Positions 58,011 through 64,000 of a stretch of DNA of 64,000 nt are shown here, one piece after another. The stretch spans positions 78,779-142,778 of IMG/VR virus record IMGVR_UViG_3300026445_000027. The stretch is one strand, 5' to 3'. Below the pieces are notes generated by a model. The model did no database searches, was not told the origin of the DNA, and was given only the letters and a program-made list of their open reading frames with translations. The translations under genes and the position numbers were made by a program. This DNA is from a virus. Numbering within the stretch: the stretch's first letter is position 1; the number at the start of each line of letters is the position of its first letter.

Positions 58011-58061
58011 TACCTCTTAAATTAGTGTAACTCCCCAAAAAATTGAAAAGATGGGGTTGGG

Positions 58062-58089
58062 TACCACTACCCCCGAAGGAGTAGTGGTA
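58062..58089. terminator. Intergenic hairpin
   Basis: TACCACTAC-ccccgaagga-GTAGTGGTA. Confidence 0.6.
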
Positions 58090-58094
58090 TTTGG

Positions 58095-59447
58095 TTAGAG
58101 ATAGAAGTTGTTTTCGACTACTTCTTGCGGAGTAACTTGTCTGCCGCTTTTAGAAACAGCGACAGCCAGATCGGTCAACTCCACACAGGAGAAGTTCAGG
58201 CAACCACCCATGATTGCACAGCCATCCCAGTCGAGTACTACAACTGGAGCGCCTTCAGTTTTCACCAACCAACGCACACGTTCGGACAGCACGGTACGGA
58301 AAGCATTACGCTTGTAGAGGTCTTGGACTTCGTTTGGAATACCAGCGTTGTTGTAAGCCCAGGATACCCATTCCGGGTTTACGGTGAACAGGCCGCGATC
58401 AACCCAGGTTTGATCCTTGGCAAAGATGGAAGGTTCTTCACTCGGTGCCTTGGCATCACCCGGTGTAGGAGTCGTTTGATCACCACAATGATCGCCTACT
58501 ACGGCCAAATCTTCTATGCCGTTATATTGTGACAGAACGTCTTTATAACCAGCCCCAGATTTAGGTTTTGGGAACAGTTCCACGGTACCTACACTGAAGA
58601 TTGGCGAAACAAGGCTCTCGGCGAAGAACGTGTCCCAGGCCACCATGATGGTGATTTCTTTACGCTCCTCGGTTTGGAAGTTCCTGGTGTACAGAGCACA
58701 TACCGATGCCAGCAGAACGCGTTCGTATTTACGACGATGTTCTATCGTGTCCAGACGCAGCTCCAGATCGACCACGACTTTGGTGTGCCAGTCTGGGTTA
58801 ACCTGGTAGAACCCATCGTCACCGGCGATCGTAACTTGCGGCAGGAACTTTTCAGCCACACGGTAAAGCTCGTCAGGCTTCATGATGTGAGCTTTGAACA
58901 ACCGCTCCAGACATTCGCAGTAGTTGATCTGGAGCGAATCGAGCCGGGACTGGGTTTCTTTGTGCTTTGCAATCTCGTGGTCGAGTTCCTCGGCCAGCTC
59001 CATTCCGGTGTTCTGAGCTTTCTTGATGTGCTCTTCAGCCAACAGGAGTTTGCTTTGAAGGTCAGACACCGTATTTGCATTATCACGCATCGCGCGATCT
59101 TGCGCATTACAGTTCTCGGCTACTTCATTGCGGAAGGTGTTGTACTGACCCTCACGTTCTTCGATCAACCGTCGCAACTCAGCGATCTCGCGTGGGTGAT
59201 CTTCTTTCAGCTTGAGGATGATACCGTCCAGGACCTTATGGTCGTCAAAGATATCGTCCAACAGCTTGCAGGCATCAGCGAGCAACTTGTTGGCGCGACC
59301 AACTGCTCGCGCCCCCACGGGTTTAGCGGACTCTTTGGAAGTACGCATGGCGTTAACTGCTTCTTGCAGCGAACGCTTGACGCGGAAAATACGATCTTCC
59401 ACCGGAATCACTTTAGTGTTAGCCGGCTTCACATTGGTATCGGTCAT
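58095..59447 (-). CDS. Coiled-coil hypothetical protein with a duplicated C-terminal motif
   Basis: 450 aa; heptad-rich N-terminal half; GFYQVNPDW and GLFTVNPEW repeats. Confidence 0.7.
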   Translation of the reverse strand: MTDTNVKPANTKVIPVEDRIFRVKRSLQEAVNAMRTSKESAKPVGARAVGRANKLLADACKLLDDIFDDHKVLDGIILKLKEDHPREIAELRRLIEEREGQYNTFRNEVAENCNAQDRAMRDNANTVSDLQSKLLLAEEHIKKAQNTGMELAEELDHEIAKHKETQSRLDSLQINYCECLERLFKAHIMKPDELYRVAEKFLPQVTIAGDDGFYQVNPDWHTKVVVDLELRLDTIEHRRKYERVLLASVCALYTRNFQTEERKEITIMVAWDTFFAESLVSPIFSVGTVELFPKPKSGAGYKDVLSQYNGIEDLAVVGDHCGDQTTPTPGDAKAPSEEPSIFAKDQTWVDRGLFTVNPEWVSWAYNNAGIPNEVQDLYKRNAFRTVLSERVRWLVKTEGAPVVVLDWDGCAIMGGCLNFSCVELTDLAVAVSKSGRQVTPQEVVENNFYL

Positions 59448-59492
59448 TACAAAACTCCAGATTAATAAAAGGTATTACAGCGGTGGTATGAA

Positions 59493-59933
59493 TCAGTTGT
59501 CGTCGACCCAGGCCATGTTGGCGGTCAGCTGATCACTGAAATTGAATTGCTTGATGTCGCGGCAAGCGTCTTCCAGGATAACCTGGTTGTCCCGGTCAAC
59601 ACTCAGAGTAACCAGGGTGTGGTCGCCGTAATCGGTGACAGTGAACTTGCCCTGCTCGTCGCCCTGGATGAAATACATGATGGTGTCTTTGACTTTCTGC
59701 GGAGAGTTGTACTCCGAGTTCCAGAACATGTCATTGGTCTTTTTGACCACCGAGTATTTCGGGGTGTCCAGATCCGTTCCGTAATTAACGACCAGACCAT
59801 CGTCAGACTTGTTGAAGATTACCTCGAGCTGTTTACCCTGCTGGGTGTCGCAGCTCACAATGACTTCAGGAGAGGCAACCGCGTTAACAGCTACCAGACC
59901 GAACAGTACACCAGCGATGATAGATTTACGCAT
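59493..59933 (-). CDS. Secreted/periplasmic protein with signal peptide
   Basis: MRKSIIAGVLFGLVAVNAVA signal (AVA cleavage site), two Cys; AGGAG RBS. Confidence 0.75.
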   Translation of the reverse strand: MRKSIIAGVLFGLVAVNAVASPEVIVSCDTQQGKQLEVIFNKSDDGLVVNYGTDLDTPKYSVVKKTNDMFWNSEYNSPQKVKDTIMYFIQGDEQGKFTVTDYGDHTLVTLSVDRDNQVILEDACRDIKQFNFSDQLTANMAWVDDN

Positions 59934-59978
59934 GATAAAACTCCTAGAACAATTGATTGATTGACCTTCATCATGGTA

Positions 59979-59993
59979 GTAATATAGATGTAA
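59979..59993 (-). promoter_or_regulatory. Phage early promoter
   Basis: Minus strand TTACATCTATATTAC with an exact core. Confidence 0.65.
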
Positions 59994-60014
59994 CCGCTGC
60001 TAGGAATTAATTGC

Positions 60015-60054
60015 TACTATACCAGGTAGGGCTTGCGCCCTACCTGGTATAGTA
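60015..60054. terminator. Intergenic hairpin
   Basis: TACTATACCAGGTAGGGC-ttgc-GCCCTACCTGGTATAGTA (18-bp stem). Confidence 0.8.
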
Positions 60055-60060
60055 AACAGA

Positions 60061-60318
60061 TTACAACTTCCAGCCAGCTGGTTCTGGTTCGTCCGGGAGA
60101 TCTGGAGCAGGAGGTACTGGATTACGGATATCCTCCTCAATCAGCTCCAGTAGATCGGACAAATTGGAGCGGACGTAACCTTCGCCCCAGTTAGTAGACC
60201 ACTCAGCCCGTCCGGCAATGTAACAGATGTCGAAATCGACTTTCCGTTCATTGGCAGCTTTAACAGCGGCAGCCACTCGCTCTTCTAACGATTTAGGCTG
60301 GTTAGTTGTAACACCCAT
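60061..60318 (-). CDS. Hypothetical protein
   Basis: 85 aa; GAGGT RBS. Confidence 0.65.
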   Translation of the reverse strand: MGVTTNQPKSLEERVAAAVKAANERKVDFDICYIAGRAEWSTNWGEGYVRSNLSDLLELIEEDIRNPVPPAPDLPDEPEPAGWKL

Positions 60319-60326
60319 TTAGCACC

Positions 60327-61076
60327 TCATTTATCGAAAATCCCGTTATTAGGTACTTTCCCAGGAACAATCTTGGACAATACACTATCCCCACGCAAGC
60401 TTGGTGGAATCTTAATGCTTGGAGCATGGGCTTTCTGCTTATTACGATCCCCTTTGATTTTCATCAGCAGAGACTCTACCTGCCAGAACACGTTGTCAGC
60501 ACTTTGCTCGGCATCTACCAGATGGTAAATACCTGGATCTTGTTTTGCTACGGATTCAAAGTAGTTCTGGATACGGTTATTCCGCTCCATGGTCCAGTTA
60601 TCAAACTGGTCACTACCTTTCTCGGTAACAGAGATCCGTGCAGCAAAGGTCTCGGGATCACCGCCCATGATGATGGTCATGTCAGGGACCAGACCAATTG
60701 CATCACGGTGGAGTTTGTCTAGTGTGTGTAACGACAGCCCACGACCAATACCTTGGAAAGCAAAGGTACTGAGCATATAACGGTCGCACAGTACTACGTC
60801 ACCACGTTCCAGTGCTGGTTTGATAACGGTCTCCACATGCTGAGCACGAGCTGCTTTAAATAGCAGGGCCTCAGCCATAGGGGTTAGTGGCTCTGCATCA
60901 GGGATGCCCTCACGGCACAGCTTACGCAAGAAGTTAGCCGCTGGAGTACCACCTGGCTCGAAGGTACGCACACAAGGAATACGCTCCTCAGTGAACCATG
61001 CCTGGATGCGATCGCATAAGGTGGTTTTACCGCTCCCACCCAACCCTTCCGTTACCAATAAAAATCCTTTAGACAT
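60327..61076 (-). CDS. tmk: Thymidylate kinase
   Basis: EGLGGSGKTT P-loop, EPGG, LLFKAARAQH, LCDRY, PDMTI. Confidence 0.92.
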   Translation of the reverse strand: MSKGFLLVTEGLGGSGKTTLCDRIQAWFTEERIPCVRTFEPGGTPAANFLRKLCREGIPDAEPLTPMAEALLFKAARAQHVETVIKPALERGDVVLCDRYMLSTFAFQGIGRGLSLHTLDKLHRDAIGLVPDMTIIMGGDPETFAARISVTEKGSDQFDNWTMERNNRIQNYFESVAKQDPGIYHLVDAEQSADNVFWQVESLLMKIKGDRNKQKAHAPSIKIPPSLRGDSVLSKIVPGKVPNNGIFDK

Positions 61077-61129
61077 CGTAAACCCACCTTACACCTGTTT
61101 ATGGTGTAAGATGGGTTGGTCAGTTTTAA

Positions 61130-62050
61130 TTACGATTGCTTATAGACCACCCCACGGAGGTAACGTTCCAGTTCGTCGTGGTCATCAGTAACCAGAGCAG
61201 CAGACCACGGTTCCAGAGGGATGTTGATCAAGTGACCTACTCGCTTTTGCAGTGGCTCCAGAGCAAAACCATATTCAATACTGCCGAGCTTAGGATCTTC
61301 TTCTAATACTTCAGCGCGAGCGCGTTGGAGGTAGCCGAGATTCTGCAAGTCACTCAGAGAAACCCAACCCATCATGGAGTACTTGTCATCAAGGAATTCC
61401 ATGACAGTTGTCACGGGTACAGGTACCGCGTAAATAGCAGCTACATGCGGCGCGCCGTTGTAGCCTGGCTTGCGTTTACCATCCCGCAGGAAATGTATCG
61501 GCGGAGTAAAGTTCTTATGGAATGCCTCGTTGTCGTAATCAATGGCCATGAGTGTAGTTTCGACCTTGGCTTGGTACTGACGCTTAGCTGCATGCATCAG
61601 GGTTTCAGTACCCCAGATCTGACCAGACTGTTTACGATAGTACTCATCCACTTGCACAGGATAACCGCAGATGTCGTTTTGCAGTACGTCACCACTGATT
61701 CCAATGGACAGTACCTCGTAGGTTTTGCCTTCGTTGTCAGTCTTGGTTTGTTTGTATACCGCTACTGAAGGCACGTAATCACGCTCGTCTGCATCCAGTT
61801 GGTAACGCCCTTGCCTGTCCAAAGGAGGCATTTGTTTAACGGTAATACCGTAAGTTACCAGCGGTGCGATAGTGGTGAACTTATCCAGGTAGCCACGTGC
61901 AACACCGCACATACCGACGTCAAGCAGTTGATGATGTAGACCACCACCATAGCGCATACCAAAGGTAGGAGCACCGAACATATCAACGACACACTCTTCG
62001 AACAGGCCGAATACCAGCTCGCTATCTCTATCATTGAAAACAGGTTTCAT
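61130..62050 (-). CDS. Nudix-like (phosphoesterase-type) protein with degenerate Nudix box
   Basis: SIGISGDV, HVAAIY and LEPWS resemble the SIGIGGH, VHLG and LE.WS motifs; next to tmk. Confidence 0.45.
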   Translation of the reverse strand: MKPVFNDRDSELVFGLFEECVVDMFGAPTFGMRYGGGLHHQLLDVGMCGVARGYLDKFTTIAPLVTYGITVKQMPPLDRQGRYQLDADERDYVPSVAVYKQTKTDNEGKTYEVLSIGISGDVLQNDICGYPVQVDEYYRKQSGQIWGTETLMHAAKRQYQAKVETTLMAIDYDNEAFHKNFTPPIHFLRDGKRKPGYNGAPHVAAIYAVPVPVTTVMEFLDDKYSMMGWVSLSDLQNLGYLQRARAEVLEEDPKLGSIEYGFALEPLQKRVGHLINIPLEPWSAALVTDDHDELERYLRGVVYKQS

Positions 62051-62052
62051 AA

Positions 62053-62253
62053 CTAATGCTCCAAAAGTTTATAAATAGAAGTTACAAAGAAGAAGGAATT
62101 AATAGCAAAATGCATATAAGCAGTCATGGCGAACTGACAAAGCCAATCATGATAAGGGAGTTTAGCATAACTCCAAGTCAGCATACGGTGTCTGTACAAG
62201 CAGTTTAACGTAAGCATAACTGTTGCTACAGTAAGAACTATTTCCCAGAACAT
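62053..62253 (-). CDS. Small membrane protein
   Basis: Start moved to ATG 62253 (MFWEIV); two hydrophobic segments. Confidence 0.55.
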   Translation of the reverse strand: MFWEIVLTVATVMLTLNCLYRHRMLTWSYAKLPYHDWLCQFAMTAYMHFAINSFFFVTSIYKLLEH

Positions 62254-62630
62254 TCTGACACCTTGTCGCTGACAATCAACGACCACGGAGACATAGGACG
62301 CAAGCTGTAGAACCCAGCTACATTTACCGTCTTGTCCAAGTGGTATTTGGTGGTATGCGAGTAGATCATCAGATCCACTTGCTTGGTTTCATCTTCGAGC
62401 AGCTCTTGCACACCATTATGCTCAAAGTAAATACGCATTACAGTGACGAACGTCTCTACGTCATCACCAGGGATATAGAAGTTGTTATCAGCACGCGCTA
62501 CGTCTACTACACCACGCAAGTGGTACCAGAAGGTGCTGGTGGTATAGCCCTTAACGATTTCACGGAAAGCTTCAGACAGTGGAACTTTGATCCCACCAGG
62601 AACTTTCTCAAACTTAATGTTGTTAGCCAT
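62238..62630 (-). CDS. Hypothetical protein
   Basis: 130 aa. Confidence 0.65.
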   Translation of the reverse strand: MANNIKFEKVPGGIKVPLSEAFREIVKGYTTSTFWYHLRGVVDVARADNNFYIPGDDVETFVTVMRIYFEHNGVQELLEDETKQVDLMIYSHTTKYHLDKTVNVAGFYSLRPMSPWSLIVSDKVSECSGK

Positions 62631-62664
62631 TGCCGTACCCTAAAAATGAAAATGCGGAATAGAC

Positions 62665-62694
62665 CCTGCTCCTAGGTGTTACCCCAGGAGCAGG
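62665..62694. terminator. Intergenic hairpin
   Basis: CCTGCTCCTAGG-tgttac-CCCAGGAGCAGG. Confidence 0.6.
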
Positions 62695-62707
62695 ACTCAA
62701 CTACTGC

Positions 62708-63151
62708 TTAGCTGAACAGCTTGGTTGCCATGTCAACGTTGACCTGGTCTTGCTCAGCCATCCAGGCGGCGTGGTCGCCGGAGTGCTGATAGGTGGTCTG
62801 GGTGGTGCTGTGGCCGTAGATGTACACATCGTCGGCGATCTGGTTGCGCAGGTGGTGCTGGGAGTTGATGATCACACCGCCCAGTTCCAGAGTACCGTCG
62901 ACAGTGGAGATCTTGTTGTTTTCTTCGTACTGCTTACGAGCGATCTGAGCTACCGCTTCGCGGACCTGGCCGGAAGTGTCATTGAGGAAGTTAACGTGAG
63001 TCTGCAGCGACTCGACAGTAACGTTCTCCGGGAACTCGACCTTGGATGCATCAAACGTTACGTGGTTGGAGCCTTTGTTGTAATCATGGTGCTCCACCAG
63101 CGAGGCCACACCGTTACCCATCAGTTTGGCGTATTCGTTATTCAGCGACAT
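62708..63151 (-). CDS. Early hypothetical protein
   Basis: 147 aa; strong codon bias; own early promoter and terminator. Confidence 0.75.
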   Translation of the reverse strand: MSLNNEYAKLMGNGVASLVEHHDYNKGSNHVTFDASKVEFPENVTVESLQTHVNFLNDTSGQVREAVAQIARKQYEENNKISTVDGTLELGGVIINSQHHLRNQIADDVYIYGHSTTQTTYQHSGDHAAWMAEQDQVNVDMATKLFS

Positions 63152-63247
63152 AAGAGACTCACTTATACAAAATAGGGTTTAGTAAACTACCAAAGGAAGA
63201 GGAGTGCGTACACGTCCCCTCAGGCATTTGCCTGTTTGGTCATCCTA

Positions 63248-63266
63248 GTGATATAGGCTTGAAATA
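63248..63266 (-). promoter_or_regulatory. Phage early promoter
   Basis: Minus strand TATTTCAAGCCTATATCAC. Confidence 0.7.
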
Positions 63267-63275
63267 TTCTTACTG

Positions 63276-63965
63276 TTAGATGTAGTAAGTCAGCAAGCGC
63301 AGCGGATCGAAGATGTGGATGTGGTCATCGTCGGCCGGGGTGTCGAAGTGTTGCTGTGCTTCTACCAGGCGTTGTTCGAAGAACGCTGGGGTGAAACCTT
63401 GTACATCCAGCAATGCATGGAAGCAACCGACTTGTTGCGCATAGCGCTCGACCAGTTCTTCCGCGGACTCGCCTAGGTCGAAACGGCTACCCAGGTAAAT
63501 CACCAACATTTCGGCAATCTTCTCGTTGTCGGTGGACACCGCCATGTCAACCAGGGCGTCGTCGAAACCGATCAGACGAGTAGCGATCACCTTGAACAGT
63601 GCTTCATGGGTCTCGAAGGTATGAGCAGCAGTGATGTTGCTGATAGCCTTGTTGGTGAAGTTTTCACCGCTAATGGTGTTCTTGGTCCAGGCAGTAGTAC
63701 GCACACCACGCGACTGCATGTAGGTTTTGATGATGTAAGCGATGTAGGTATAGACCGCATCGGTCTTGACCGTACTTACCGCCACGCCCTTGATCAGGTG
63801 CTCACCGGTTTCAACGTTAGTGAAGCGCGCCCAGCGTTCCTTCGAGGTCTGCAACAGTGTGCGCAGAACCTGGATACCACCAATGACATCCCGCAATGCC
63901 AAGGCTACGGAAACTTGGTCCAGCTTGGCATTCAGCAGGTTGTCTTTAGCGAATTGTTCGTCCAT
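63276..63965 (-). CDS. Hypothetical protein
   Basis: 229 aa; GGAG RBS. Confidence 0.75.
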   Translation of the reverse strand: MDEQFAKDNLLNAKLDQVSVALALRDVIGGIQVLRTLLQTSKERWARFTNVETGEHLIKGVAVSTVKTDAVYTYIAYIIKTYMQSRGVRTTAWTKNTISGENFTNKAISNITAAHTFETHEALFKVIATRLIGFDDALVDMAVSTDNEKIAEMLVIYLGSRFDLGESAEELVERYAQQVGCFHALLDVQGFTPAFFEQRLVEAQQHFDTPADDDHIHIFDPLRLLTYYI

Positions 63966-64000
63966 CTGTACTACTCCAATTTCGTTGAGTATTGTTGGGC

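Noticed and set aside
1-64000. CRISPR array, rRNA or stop-codon reassignment
   Set aside because: No regularly spaced direct repeats or rRNA-like sequence seen; core genes are full length in the standard code and no suppressor tRNA was found.

Overview
This is a 64 kb segment of a nucleus-forming phiKZ-related jumbo phage (Chimalliviridae-type), with mostly minus-strand genes. Left to right it holds: head proteins and a probable tail-chaperone pair; one virion RNAP beta' fragment; the conserved block of SF2 helicase, nvRNAP beta'-C, nvRNAP beta-C, gp70/PicA/gp68/ChmC homologs, SbcD, nvRNAP beta'-N (NADFDGD) and chimallin; a family B DNA polymerase; PhuZ tubulin; a ~2.1 kb non-coding island with 3 canonical tRNAs and several unusual structured RNAs; an early accessory region (HslV-like protease, four tandem paralogs, origin-like element); a terminase with an intein; tail structural genes (sheath, tube); thymidylate kinase and accessory genes. 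The most notable observations are: (1) a tRNA-embedded array of apparently novel structured RNAs, including a 140-nt tRNA-Ser derivative with an expanded anticodon loop and variable arm, and two related tRNA-like RNAs sharing a CGG-UAAAAGC-CCG T-arm; (2) a U7 slippery site that would fuse two adjacent ORFs by -1 frameshift, as in G/GT tail assembly chaperones; (3) a Tyr-initiated class 3 intein in the terminase Walker A motif. phiKZ gene-number assignments come from visible motifs and recalled synteny, not database searches. RNA folds were worked out by hand.
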